Shown here: positions 9,643 through 20,886 of the stretch, piece after piece
How the letters are laid out: every line of letters starts with the position of its first letter
Position numbering within the stretch: the stretch's first letter is position 1
Assembly: GCA_037444405.1 (NCBI GenBank)
Contig: JBBIML010000007.1
Span: 1 to 64,000 of the forward strand
DNA length: 64,000 nucleotides
Direction of reading: 5' to 3'
From: Armatimonadota bacterium
Lineage (GTDB): Bacteria > Armatimonadota > Fimbriimonadia > Fimbriimonadales > GBS-DC
Notes under the pieces: model-generated
What the model saw: the letters and a program-made list of their open reading frames with translations, nothing else
The model's database searches: none
What the model was told of the DNA's origin: nothing
Program-made: the position numbers and the translations under genes

Positions 9643-10602
9643 ATGGCGCAAGCACAGGCGCAAACGCAGTTCTATCCGGGCATGGGGCTGACGACCACCA
9701 AAGCCCCGTTTATTGAGGTCGCCCGCAGCAAGGGTGAACTCTATATCGAGCAGCCCTACGAGCTGTACTCCGAAGAGAACCACGAGGCGTGGCGGCAGCT
9801 CTACGCGCGCATTCAGGAGCGATGGCAAAAGTACGCGACCGACAAGTTTCTGGAGGGTGTGTCCAAGCTCTGTCTGGACCCGCATCGGGTGCCGCGTCTG
9901 GAGGATGTGAACCGCTTTCTGGCGCCGCTGACAGGCTTCAAGGCGAAAGCCGTCACGGGCTATGTGCCCGCGTACATCTTCTTTGACTGCCTGCGCAATC
10001 GGGAGTTCCCCACCACCATCACCGTGCGCAGCCTCGACTCGCTGGACTACATCCCTGAACCCGACATCTTCCACGATATAGCGGGGCATGTGCCGATGCA
10101 TACCGACCCGCGCTTTGCCGACACGCTGGTTCGGTTCGGAGAGGCTGCCCACACCGCTGCCCGCATGGTGCGCGAGATCAAAAACCCTGAATTGCAGGTG
10201 CAACGCCTGACCAGCATTTTCCGTGCGCTGGCGCGATTCTTCTGGTTCACCATCGAGTTCGGGCTGATGCGCGGCAAAAACGGCGAGCTGAAGGTGTACG
10301 GCAGCGGTCTGCTCAGCTCCTACGGCGAAATCGCGCACGCCATCGAATCGCCCGAGGTACAGCGCTACCCCATCCAGCTGGAATGGGTCATCAACCAGCA
10401 CTTTGAGATCCATCACTATCAGCCGTTGCTGTTTATTGTAGACTCCTTTGACCACCTGTTCGATCTGGTGGACGAGCTGGAGCGGTGGATGCTAACGGGC
10501 AAGCTGAACAATGTGGCGCCGGGCGAGCCGAAGATGAGCGAGGAAGACATCAAAAGCTTCCTGGAGGCATCTCTCGACGGAGGCGTGACGGGGCATTTTT
10601 AA
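9643..10602 (+). CDS. phhA: Phenylalanine 4-monooxygenase (pterin-dependent aromatic amino acid hydroxylase)
   Basis: PEPDIFHDIAGHVP, WFTIEFGL, YGSGLLSSYGE. SD GGAGGT precedes ATG 9643. Confidence 0.88.
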   Translation: MAQAQAQTQFYPGMGLTTTKAPFIEVARSKGELYIEQPYELYSEENHEAWRQLYARIQERWQKYATDKFLEGVSKLCLDPHRVPRLEDVNRFLAPLTGFKAKAVTGYVPAYIFFDCLRNREFPTTITVRSLDSLDYIPEPDIFHDIAGHVPMHTDPRFADTLVRFGEAAHTAARMVREIKNPELQVQRLTSIFRALARFFWFTIEFGLMRGKNGELKVYGSGLLSSYGEIAHAIESPEVQRYPIQLEWVINQHFEIHHYQPLLFIVDSFDHLFDLVDELERWMLTGKLNNVAPGEPKMSEEDIKSFLEASLDGGVTGHF

Positions 10603-10611
10603 CCCTCCTGA

Positions 10612-10650
10612 TGGGCAGATTCTGCCCATTCAATGGGTAGAATCTGCCCA
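10612..10650. repeat. Nested inverted repeat (possible REP or terminator) after phhA
   Basis: TGGGCAGATTCTGCCCATT-C-AATGGGTAGAATCTGCCCA; each arm is itself quasi-palindromic. Confidence 0.55.
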
Positions 10651-10752
10651 CGATGAAGCCACACTGGGTGCTACACCTGTCCCCTGCCTGTAGAACCGCT
10701 GTTGAATCGGTCCTGACCAGTGTGAGGTACAATCATTAGGCGGAGGCGTGCC

Positions 10753-11862
10753 ATGTCAAAGGCGCCCATGATTATCAGCGCCAGCCGGCGCACCGATATA
10801 CCGGCGTTCTACGCGAAGTGGTTCATCAACCGCATTCGCGAAGGCTACTGCCTCGTGCCGAATCCCTTCAATCCCCAGCAACAGAGCCGAATCTCGCTCC
10901 AGCCAGACGATGTGCTGGTGATTGTGTTCTGGACGCGCTATCCCCGCCCGCTGATGCCCTATCTTGAGGAGCTGGACGAGCGCGGCTACCGATACTACTT
11001 CCAGTTCACCCTGATGGACAACCCGCCCGAACTGGATCCGTACATGCCGCCCCTTGAAAAACGCCTGCAAACCTTCTGCGAACTCGCGGAACGCATCGGC
11101 GCGGAGCGGGTCGTCTGGCGATATGACCCGATTGTGATCAGTCCCATCACGCCGCCAGAGTTCCATCTGGACAAACACGCATGGCTGGCGGAGCGGTTGC
11201 GGGGCTGCACGAAACGCAATGTGATCAGCATCGTGGACACCGACTATCGCAAGCTTCAGCCGCGCCTGCGCCTGCTACGCAAAGAGGGTGTTCACTTCAA
11301 CGAGTGGGAAGAGCGGTTCGGGCAGTTCATCCGCCAGATTGCCGAAACCGCCCGATGCAACGGGATGGCAATCCAGAGCTGCGCCGAGGTGATCGATCTG
11401 GAGCCGTACGGTGTGCCGAAAGGTAAGTGCGTGGATGACGACCTCATTCGTGAGGTGTTCGGCATTCAGGTCAGCAGTAGGAAGGACCCGGGTCAGCGTG
11501 AGGCGTGCGGCTGCGTGGTGAGTCGGGACATCGGGATGTACGACACCTGCCTCTTCGGCTGTGTTTACTGCTATGCTACCTCCAGCTTTGACAAAGCCCG
11601 CGAGCGCCACCGCCAGCACGACCCAAACTCACCGATGTTGATCAGTCTAACATCTCTGCCAGACAGCCTCGTAGAGCGGGGTGAGAGGCTGTGGCTGGAT
11701 GGGGGCTGGCGGCTCGGCGGTCAGAGGGCTGAGGTCGGCTTGCCAGCCACCCAGCTGGCGGCGCACGCGCTCGTGATAGAGCGCGAGCGACGCCTGATGC
11801 AACGGGTCGCCCGTCATGCGCGCCCGCACCGCCGCCGAATCGAGCAGATACAGCGCGATTAG
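10753..11862 (+). CDS. DUF1848 family protein (radical-SAM-like Cys motif)
   Basis: IISASRRTDIPAFY, WRYDPI, QREACGC, DIGMYDTCLFGCVYCYA. The last ~70 aa overlap the antisense acyl-CoA dehydrogenase. Confidence 0.8.
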   Translation: MSKAPMIISASRRTDIPAFYAKWFINRIREGYCLVPNPFNPQQQSRISLQPDDVLVIVFWTRYPRPLMPYLEELDERGYRYYFQFTLMDNPPELDPYMPPLEKRLQTFCELAERIGAERVVWRYDPIVISPITPPEFHLDKHAWLAERLRGCTKRNVISIVDTDYRKLQPRLRLLRKEGVHFNEWEERFGQFIRQIAETARCNGMAIQSCAEVIDLEPYGVPKGKCVDDDLIREVFGIQVSSRKDPGQREACGCVVSRDIGMYDTCLFGCVYCYATSSFDKARERHRQHDPNSPMLISLTSLPDSLVERGERLWLDGGWRLGGQRAEVGLPATQLAAHALVIERERRLMQRVARHARPHRRRIEQIQRD

Positions 11863-13269
11863 CGCGTCGGCAAGCGGCTCCACAAAAGCCTGCGGCGGTT
11901 CCTCAACCGATTCCAGCGCAATCAGCGCCCGCCCTGTAAGCCTGCGCAGAGCGGTCAGCGTCGCATCCACATCGCTGCCGCCGTCCGATGCCTGCTCCAC
12001 AGGCGACCACGCCCCGCGCCGACGCAGATAGAGCAACCGCTCCACCAGGTTCAGGCGATTGATTTCGTTCGTGCCCTCGTAGACGCGGTTCACCCGCGCG
12101 TCGCGGTAGAGGCGGGCTATCGGATACTCCTCCGAGAAGCCATAACCGCCGTGAATCTGCAGGGCGTCGTCGATAATCTGATGCAGAATCTCGGTGATGG
12201 CGACCTTGATAAGCGCGCACTCGGCAGCGAACTGCGCGGCGGCGTAGCGCCAGCGGCTTTGAGGGTCTTCGGCAGGCGTGCTGAACGCCATCTCCAGATC
12301 GCCCGCCAGCCGATAAAGCGCGCTTTCGGCGACATAGAGCATCGCCCGCCCGAGTGCCAGCTTGCGCCACACCAGATCGAACTCGATAATGGGGCGTCCA
12401 AACTGCTTGCGAACCTGCGCGTATTCGTAGCCGATGCGCCATGCCTCCTTGCCCAGCCCGACGCCCGCCGCACCGATTTTGAACCGCCCGATGTTCAGCG
12501 TGTAGAGCGCGACATAGGCGCCCTGACCCTCCTCGCCGAGCCGATTCCCGACGGGCACGGGCACCTCGTCCAGCACGATTCGGCAGGTGCTGGAGCCGTG
12601 CAAGCCGAGCTTGTGTTCCTCGCGCTCCACAATAAAGTTAGGCGCGGTGCGCTCCACCAGGAAGGCGGTGAACCGTTTGCCGTCCACCTGCGCGAAGGTC
12701 ACGAACAGGTCGGCGAAGCCCGCGTTGGTGATCCAGATTTTGTTGCCGCGCAGGTAGTAGGTGTCGCCCTCGCGGCGGGCGCGCGTGCGGGCGCTGAGCG
12801 CGTCGGAACCCGATTCGGGTTCGGTGAGCGCGTAGGCGCCAATCAGCTCGCCCGTTACGAGGCGTGGGAGGTAGCGTTCCGCCTGCTCGCGCGTGCCGAA
12901 CAGCAACAGGGGCAGGCTGCCCACGCTGGTATGCACCGCGTGGGAGACAGCAAACGAGGGCTGGATGGCGGTCTTCTCGGTGATGAGGGCGGAGGTCGGC
13001 TTGGATAGCCCCAGTCCGCCATATTCGGGAGGCACATCGATGCCGAGCAAGCCGAGCTGTGCCGCTTGCTCCAGCAGCGTGCGCATCAGCCGTCTCTCGC
13101 CCGATTCGAGGCGCGGCACCAGCGGCATCACCTGCTCGCGAATGAACCGCTCGATCGCCTCCGCCATCAGGCGGTCTTCTGCCGTGAGCTGCTCGGGCGT
13201 GAAAATCGTGGCGGGTGTAGCCTCTAAAAACGCGCCGCTACGCGCACCCTGCGCCGTCGCCTGACTCAT
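11647..13269 (-). CDS. Acyl-CoA dehydrogenase
   Basis: ALTEPESGSD, KIWITNA, KLGLHGSST, QIHGGYG, YEGTNEI. Confidence 0.9.
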   Translation of the reverse strand: MSQATAQGARSGAFLEATPATIFTPEQLTAEDRLMAEAIERFIREQVMPLVPRLESGERRLMRTLLEQAAQLGLLGIDVPPEYGGLGLSKPTSALITEKTAIQPSFAVSHAVHTSVGSLPLLLFGTREQAERYLPRLVTGELIGAYALTEPESGSDALSARTRARREGDTYYLRGNKIWITNAGFADLFVTFAQVDGKRFTAFLVERTAPNFIVEREEHKLGLHGSSTCRIVLDEVPVPVGNRLGEEGQGAYVALYTLNIGRFKIGAAGVGLGKEAWRIGYEYAQVRKQFGRPIIEFDLVWRKLALGRAMLYVAESALYRLAGDLEMAFSTPAEDPQSRWRYAAAQFAAECALIKVAITEILHQIIDDALQIHGGYGFSEEYPIARLYRDARVNRVYEGTNEINRLNLVERLLYLRRRGAWSPVEQASDGGSDVDATLTALRRLTGRALIALESVEEPPQAFVEPLADALIALYLLDSAAVRARMTGDPLHQASLALYHERVRRQLGGWQADLSPLTAEPPAPIQPQPLTPLYEAVWQRC

Positions 13270-13286
13270 CGTGTCTATTATATCCC

Positions 13287-13323
13287 AAAACAGAAATGGG
13301 GGCGTCCTTTTCAGGACGCCCTC
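13287..13323 (-). terminator. Rho-independent terminator
   Basis: Minus strand GAGGGCGTCCTGAAAAGGACGCCCCC followed by ATTTCTGTTTT. Confidence 0.7.
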
Positions 13324-13353
13324 AGTGAAGAACGGAGAATAAGGGTGTAAGCC

Positions 13354-13599
13354 TTAGCTCATCCGACGCAGGGCTTCAACCACGGCGTGATACTCCTCGG
13401 GACGCCACCGACGACGCGCGTTGATCAGTTCCTGTTCCAGTCGCTTCAATCGTTCGAGATACCGCTCCTGACGATGCCGATAGTACCGTTGAGTGGCGGT
13501 CTTGCTCGCCTTGCAGTGGGATCGATGTCCCAGGTAATGTCCGTGTGCAAAAGCAACCTTGTCGCGTGCGCGACGCTTCCTCTTACGCTCAGTTCGGAT
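13354..13599 (-). CDS. Unannotated 81-aa basic protein with putative ATC start codon
   Basis: (I/M)RTERKRKRRARDKVAFAHGHYLGHRSHCKASKTATQRYYRHRQERYLERLKRLEQELINARRRWRPEEYHAVVEALRRMS*. SD GGAGGT lies 8 nt upstream; there is no in-frame ATG/GTG/TTG in the intergenic region. Confidence 0.6.
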   Translation of the reverse strand: MRTERKRKRRARDKVAFAHGHYLGHRSHCKASKTATQRYYRHRQERYLERLKRLEQELINARRRWRPEEYHAVVEALRRMS

Positions 13600-13655
13600 G
13601 ACCGAACACCTCCTCTGACAGGATGGAACGGGCTTCCAGTGGAAGCACTGGCTTA

Positions 13656-13684
13656 TTAAACTGCTGACGGGCGCAAAAAGTTCC
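13656..13684 (-). promoter_or_regulatory. ECF (sigmaE-like) promoter
   Basis: GGAACTT-N16-GTTTAA on the minus strand, close to the RpoE-type consensus GGAACTT-N16-GTCTAA. Confidence 0.55.
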
Positions 13685-13685
13685 C

Positions 13686-15224
13686 TCAGCGGTAGCGGGC
13701 GACCAGCAGGTAGAAGGTTCGTCCCAGCGCGTTGCGTTGTTCCAGCGGGATGAGGCGCGGGTGTTCTGCCAGCGCGCGCTCGGTGGTCAGGCAGTACGCG
13801 CCCTGCTGCTCCATCTGTTGAAGGAGCGCGTTCAAATCGTCGGTGCTGTCGGTGCGCCCCTTGCGATAGAACTGCAAGCTGGGATAGCCAGGGCGTACCC
13901 TGTAGAGGATAAGCGTGCGGTAGGGTGGCACGGCGCGCGCCAGCTCGCGCACGGGCGCCAGCAGCAGACGGTCATAGCCCCGCAACGCGCCGTTCAGCCC
14001 CAGCGTCAGCGTTAGCACGCCGAGCAACAGGGTCGCCGTCCAGCGTCGCTCGCTGATCAGCCAGCCCATCAGCAGGCACCAGCCGACGCCCAGCAGACCC
14101 GCCAGCCAGACCCCGCTGAGCTGCGCCAGCCACAGCCCCAGCACCGTCCAGATAGCTAGCCCCAGCGCGGCGATGCCCATCCCATACAGCGACAGAGCCG
14201 CATGCCGCTCAATATGCAACCGATAGCCCACCATCAGCGCGAGCGCAGGGAACATCGGGAAGATGTAGGCGGGCAGTTTGGTGAAGCTGAGCGTGAACAG
14301 CCCGAACACAAGCCACGCCCAGCCGCGCAGGTAGCGCATCACCGCTGGCTCGTCGGGCGCACGCTGCCAGAGAACACTCGCATAGAACGCCATCGGCAGC
14401 CCGCCCAGCCACACGATTACCACATAGAAAAGCAGATAGAGCGCAACGCCCGCCGCGACTGACCCCGCCGCACCGCTCTGAATCAGCGGCAGCACCGAGT
14501 GCGCCGTGTCGCCTCCCGCAAAGCGCAGCAGGTTCTGACGCAAAACAAACTCCTCAAAGAAGTCGCGCCCGTGCTGGCGATAGACGCCCATATACCACGG
14601 TGATGCCGTTGCGAACGCCATCAGCAGGGCGACCAGCACCCAGCGCAGGCGCAAGCCGCTGGCGTGCAGGGCACGCGCCTGCAGGAGATAGTTCAATCCC
14701 ATCAGCCCCAGCCCGACGGGTCCTTTTGTCAGAACCGCCAGCCCCAGCGCGATACCGCCCAGCACGCTCCAGAGCAACGGACGCTCCCGCGCTTCCCAGA
14801 GCGCGATCAACGCCAGCGTCAGCCAGCAGCAGAGCGCCATGTCGGTGATAGCGAGGCGCGTCAGAAGCAGGCTCAATGGCGCAAGGGCGAACAGCAGACC
14901 CGCCAGCACGCCCACGCCCGAACCCAGCCGCCGCTCACCCCACGCAACAATCAAAATCAGCGTTAAACCAGACAGCAGCACCGAGGGCAACCGCACAGCG
15001 AACTCGTTCTCCCCGAACAGACGCATGCCGATGATCATCAGCCAGTAGAGCAGAGGGGGCTTCTCAAACCACGGCGCCTCGCGAAACAGCGGCGTCAGCC
15101 AGTCGCCCCGCGCCTTCATCTCCCACGCCACCGAGGCATAGAACCCCTCATCCAGATCGGTCAGCCCGAACGCCACGATGTCGATCAGGGCGAGCAGAAC
15201 CAGCAGACCCAGCAGCGCACGCAC
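13686..15224 (-). CDS. ArnT/PMT family (GT39/GT83) membrane glycosyltransferase
   Basis: DEGFYA, WFEKPPLLYW, AVRLPS, LTKGP, KLPAYIFP motifs; many TM segments. Confidence 0.85.
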   Translation of the reverse strand: MRALLGLLVLLALIDIVAFGLTDLDEGFYASVAWEMKARGDWLTPLFREAPWFEKPPLLYWLMIIGMRLFGENEFAVRLPSVLLSGLTLILIVAWGERRLGSGVGVLAGLLFALAPLSLLLTRLAITDMALCCWLTLALIALWEARERPLLWSVLGGIALGLAVLTKGPVGLGLMGLNYLLQARALHASGLRLRWVLVALLMAFATASPWYMGVYRQHGRDFFEEFVLRQNLLRFAGGDTAHSVLPLIQSGAAGSVAAGVALYLLFYVVIVWLGGLPMAFYASVLWQRAPDEPAVMRYLRGWAWLVFGLFTLSFTKLPAYIFPMFPALALMVGYRLHIERHAALSLYGMGIAALGLAIWTVLGLWLAQLSGVWLAGLLGVGWCLLMGWLISERRWTATLLLGVLTLTLGLNGALRGYDRLLLAPVRELARAVPPYRTLILYRVRPGYPSLQFYRKGRTDSTDDLNALLQQMEQQGAYCLTTERALAEHPRLIPLEQRNALGRTFYLLVARYR

Positions 15225-15489
15225 AATCAGGAGTTTACCCCTTCATCCGTGTCTGCAGGGCGTTGACTCAGGTATTCTGGTTGGCGAGCGACTACACCTG
15301 AGGTATAATCCTACTGCGATGAGCGCGATTGCAGACCGGGTACGGGAAGAGGATGTCGCGGCTATCCTGAATGCTATTGAGTCGGGTTGTGAGCAGGTGA
15401 ACCCCGATGAATGGTAGGTATCTGGGGGACACCAGTGTTCTTAATAAAGGGTGCAGTGTGGCATAATCGCGAAGGAGCAGGTGGAAACT

Positions 15490-16881
15490 ATGCGATACGA
15501 GAGCCTTCTGGATGCGATTGGGCGAACGCCGCTGGTGCGCCTCCAGCGCATCACGCGCCATCTCAAACCTGCCGTCTACGCCAAACTGGAGTTCATGAAC
15601 CCGGGCGGCAGCGTCAAAGACCGCATCGCGCTGCGCATGATCGAACGCGCTGAGCGCGAGGGCAAACTGAAGCCGGGCGGAACCATCATCGAATGCACTT
15701 CGGGCAACACCGGCATGGGGCTGGCGATGGTGGCGGCGCTGCGCGGCTACCGCACCATCTTCACCACCACCGACAAGCAGTCGCGCGAGAAGATTAATAT
15801 GCTCAAGGCGATGGGCGCGGAGGTGATTGTGTGCCCCACCGCTGTCGCGCCCGACGACCCGCGCAGCTACTACTCCGTCGCCCGCAAACTGGCGCAGGAG
15901 ATACCCAACTCCTTCTTCGTGAACCAGTACGATAACCCCGCCAACCCCGAAGCCCACTATCTGACCACCGGTCCCGAAATCTGGGAGGACACGGAGGGGC
16001 GCATCACTTATCTGGTGGCGGGCATGGGCACGGGCGGCACCATCTCCGGCGCAGGACGCTACCTCAAGGAACGCAACCCCAACATCAAGGTAATTGGTGT
16101 TGACCCCGTCGGCTCCGTCTACTATGACTATTTCCACCACAAGAAGGTGGTGGAAGCCCATCCCTATCTGGTGGAGGGCATCGGCGAGGACATCTTCCCC
16201 TCCACGATGGACTTCTCAGTGGTGGACGATGTGATTCAGGTGACCGATTGCGACAGCTTTTTGTGGGCGCGGCGGCTGGCGCGGGAGGAGGGCATCTTCG
16301 CGGGCGGTTCGGCAGGCTCCGCGCTCTATGGAGCCATCGAGGTCGCTAAACGCGCCACCGAGAAGGACCTCATCGTGTTCATCGTGCCCGATGGCGGACT
16401 GCGCGTGCTGAACAAGGTCTATAATGACGAATGGCTGCGGGAGCATCGCTGTTACGAGCCGCGTGTGCGACTGACCGCGCGCGATCTCATCGATGCGAAG
16501 CGTCAGCGCGGTCCCGTGCGCACCCTGCTCACCGTCAGCCCGCAGGACACCCTCCTGCACGCCTTTGAGCTGATGGAGCGCCACGATGTGTCGCAGCTGC
16601 CCGTGTTCGAATCGGGCGTGCCAGTCGGCTCCATCTCCGAGGACACCATCATGCGCCTGGTGCTGCAGGGGCACGACCTGCAAGCCTCAGTGGTGCGCGA
16701 AGTCATGACCGCGCCATTCCCCACCGTCTCACCTGATACCTTTCTGGACGAGTTGACCGACCTCATCAGCCGCGAGACCGCGGTGCTGGTGCCCGTCGAG
16801 GATGGGCAGTACGATGTGCTGACCAAGTACGACCTGGTGCATACCCTCGCTCATCTGCTGGGTCTGCCTGACCACACCTGA
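15490..16881 (+). CDS. cbs: Cystathionine beta-synthase with C-terminal CBS domains
   Basis: NPGGSVKDR, TSGNTG, GMGTGGT, VEGIGED plus a C-terminal CBS pair. Confidence 0.88.
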   Translation: MRYESLLDAIGRTPLVRLQRITRHLKPAVYAKLEFMNPGGSVKDRIALRMIERAEREGKLKPGGTIIECTSGNTGMGLAMVAALRGYRTIFTTTDKQSREKINMLKAMGAEVIVCPTAVAPDDPRSYYSVARKLAQEIPNSFFVNQYDNPANPEAHYLTTGPEIWEDTEGRITYLVAGMGTGGTISGAGRYLKERNPNIKVIGVDPVGSVYYDYFHHKKVVEAHPYLVEGIGEDIFPSTMDFSVVDDVIQVTDCDSFLWARRLAREEGIFAGGSAGSALYGAIEVAKRATEKDLIVFIVPDGGLRVLNKVYNDEWLREHRCYEPRVRLTARDLIDAKRQRGPVRTLLTVSPQDTLLHAFELMERHDVSQLPVFESGVPVGSISEDTIMRLVLQGHDLQASVVREVMTAPFPTVSPDTFLDELTDLISRETAVLVPVEDGQYDVLTKYDLVHTLAHLLGLPDHT

Positions 16882-16901
16882 ACCCGAGGAGGTTTATTCC
16901 T

Positions 16902-18053
16902 ATGCGTTTTGCGACCAAAGCGATTCACGCCGGCATCGAGCCTGACCCCGCGACAGGTGCGATTATGACCCCCGTCTACCTCACATCCACCTACGCGCAA
17001 TCGGCGCCGGGTCAGCACAAGGGCTATGAATATTCGCGTTCGGATCATCCGACCCGCGCCGTGCTGGAGCGCAACATCGCCGCGCTGGAGGGCGTGGAGT
17101 ACGGGCTGGCGTTCGCCAGCGGGCTGGCTGCCGAAAACACCGTGCTAAACCTGCTTCAATCGGGCGACCATGTGGTGGCGACGCGCGACCTGTACGGCGG
17201 CACCTATCGCCTGTTCGAGCGCGTGTGGGCGAAATATGGCATCGAGTTCTCCTATGCCGATGGGGACGATATCGACGCGCTGCGACGGGCGTTCCGCCCC
17301 AATACGCGCCTGCTGTGGATCGAAACGCCCAGCAACCCGATGCTCACGATTGTGGACCTGCAGGCGGCGTGCCAGCTGGCGCACGAACATGGTGCGCTCG
17401 CTGTGGTGGACAACACCTTCGCCACGCCCTACCTGCAACGCCCGTTCGAGTTCGGCGCGGACATTGTTATCCACTCCACCACCAAATATCTGGGCGGGCA
17501 TTCGGATGTGGTGGGCGGCGCGCTCTGCGTGCGGGATCGGTCGCTCTATGAACAACTGAAGTTTTATCAAAATGCGGTGGGCGCGGTGCCCGGTCCACTG
17601 AGCTGCTTCCTGGTGTTGCGGGGCATCAAGACGCTGGCGCTGCGCATGCGCCAGCACTGCGAGAACGCGCGCCGAATCGCCGAGTATCTGGCGAGCCACC
17701 CCGAAGTGAAGCAGGTGCGCTATCCAGGGCTGCCCGACCACCCGGGGCATGAGCTGGCGCGACGCCAGATGAGCGACTTCGGCGGCATCGTCACGATGGA
17801 GCTGAAAGGCGGTGTGGAGCGGGCGATGCGCTTTCTCTCCAGCACGCGCCTGTTCACCTTAGCCGAATCGCTGGGCGGAGTTGAATCGCTGCTGTGCCAT
17901 CCCGCCACAATGACACACGCCTCCACCCCGCCCGAAGAGCGCGCCCGAATCGGCATCACCGACTCGCTCATCCGCCTCTCCGTCGGAATCGAGGATGTGG
18001 AGGACCTGATTGAAGACCTTGATCAGGCGATTGCTCGTAGCCGCCAGAAGTGA
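16902..18053 (+). CDS. Cystathionine gamma-lyase/gamma-synthase (Cys/Met metabolism PLP family)
   Basis: YEYSR, FASG, ETPSNP, VDNTFAT, HSTTKYLGGHSD, AESLGGVESL. Confidence 0.88.
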   Translation: MRFATKAIHAGIEPDPATGAIMTPVYLTSTYAQSAPGQHKGYEYSRSDHPTRAVLERNIAALEGVEYGLAFASGLAAENTVLNLLQSGDHVVATRDLYGGTYRLFERVWAKYGIEFSYADGDDIDALRRAFRPNTRLLWIETPSNPMLTIVDLQAACQLAHEHGALAVVDNTFATPYLQRPFEFGADIVIHSTTKYLGGHSDVVGGALCVRDRSLYEQLKFYQNAVGAVPGPLSCFLVLRGIKTLALRMRQHCENARRIAEYLASHPEVKQVRYPGLPDHPGHELARRQMSDFGGIVTMELKGGVERAMRFLSSTRLFTLAESLGGVESLLCHPATMTHASTPPEERARIGITDSLIRLSVGIEDVEDLIEDLDQAIARSRQK

Positions 18054-18061
18054 ATCCAATC

Positions 18062-18385
18062 CTACCAGCCCGTTTCAGGCTCCCAGTGGCGGCTGGCATA
18101 ATCGGCAAAGGCGAAGGCGAACATAATAATCAGCCAGAAGAAGCCCGCGCCCGCAAACAGCCACGCCAGCTTGCTGCTGAACTTCACATGCATGAAGTTC
18201 AGAATCACTATCGTCGCCTTGCTGACGGCAATCGTCAGCGCGACCGCAATGCCAAACCAGTCAGGCATCTTCTGAAAGCCTGCCCACACCGTCACCACCA
18301 GCAGCGCCATCAGCACCCAGAGCGTCTTCGCGTAGAACGAGACGGGTTGCGCATGCGTGTGTTCCTCACGATGATGCTGTGCCAT
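18062..18385 (-). CDS. Cytochrome c oxidase subunit IV
   Basis: Small 3-TM protein with KA.....FMH motif; last gene of the operon. Confidence 0.8.
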   Translation of the reverse strand: MAQHHREEHTHAQPVSFYAKTLWVLMALLVVTVWAGFQKMPDWFGIAVALTIAVSKATIVILNFMHVKFSSKLAWLFAGAGFFWLIIMFAFAFADYASRHWEPETGW

Positions 18386-18386
18386 C

Positions 18387-19148
18387 CTATTGACCTCCCA
18401 TCAGATAGAGTAGCGGGAACAGGAAAATCCACACGATGTCCACGAAGTGCCAGTAGAGTCCTGTCATCTCCACAGGCATATAGTCGGCGTGTGGCACCTT
18501 GCGTTTCCAGTCCATATAGGCGCGCGCCGCCAGAATCGACAGAACAATAATGCCCACCAGCACATGCAGCCCGTGCAGACCCGTCATGATGAAGTAGAAG
18601 CTGAAGAAGAGCTTGGTGCGCCCTTCGAACTCCTCCAGCGGCACCTTGCGCGCACCCAGATCCACCATGCCGTTCTCCACCTTCAGATGGTTGTGGTGGA
18701 TGACCTCCTCCGCACTGTAGCTCTGATTCGGAATCAGGTTGTGATGGTACTTGGCGGAGTATTCGAAGTATTTATTCACCATAAAGATGCTGGCGAAGAA
18801 GATTGTCCACAGCAGGTATTTGAGCTGTTTGTGGTGTTTCTGTTGCATGGCGGCGCGCACGGCGCGTGCCATCGTGTAGCTGCTGACCAGCAGCACGAAG
18901 GTGTTGAGCGCTCCGAACGGCACGCTCAGCGTGTGGTGCGCTGCGACGAACTCGTAGAGGTACTTGAAGCGATAGATGGCATAGCTGGCGAACAGTCCGC
19001 CGAAGAACAGCACTTCCTGCACGATGAACGCCCACATGCCAATCGTGTAGGCGTCGTTCTGCTGTTCTATCGTTTCGTACTGTTCGCCCAGGTGCGGCAC
19101 TTCGTGCCGCGCTTCGCCCAGATGCAGTTCAGCCTCTTTGACGCTCAC
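18387..19148 (-). CDS. coxC: Cytochrome c oxidase subunit III
   Basis: [40 protein letters not shown]. Confidence 0.9.
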   Translation of the reverse strand: MSVKEAELHLGEARHEVPHLGEQYETIEQQNDAYTIGMWAFIVQEVLFFGGLFASYAIYRFKYLYEFVAAHHTLSVPFGALNTFVLLVSSYTMARAVRAAMQQKHHKQLKYLLWTIFFASIFMVNKYFEYSAKYHHNLIPNQSYSAEEVIHHNHLKVENGMVDLGARKVPLEEFEGRTKLFFSFYFIMTGLHGLHVLVGIIVLSILAARAYMDWKRKVPHADYMPVEMTGLYWHFVDIVWIFLFPLLYLMGGQ

Positions 19149-19208
19149 GGTGAACCCTCCTTGATTGGCGTGGGCGCGGTGAGCGGCATAACCGCGCCCG
19201 TTCGAAAT

Positions 19209-20885
<1,677 letters not shown>

Positions 20886-20886
20886 C

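Noticed and set aside
8956..10602. Long overlapping 499-aa and 539-aa ORFs suggesting Uma2/PhhA fusions
   Set aside because: They are antisense read-through of two divergent genes starting at 9582 and 9643.
13298..13680. tmRNA, RNase P or 6S RNA in this intergenic region
   Set aside because: No tRNA-like ends or RNase P core found by eye. The GGGGGCG is part of a terminator, and the ORF with SD explains the region better.
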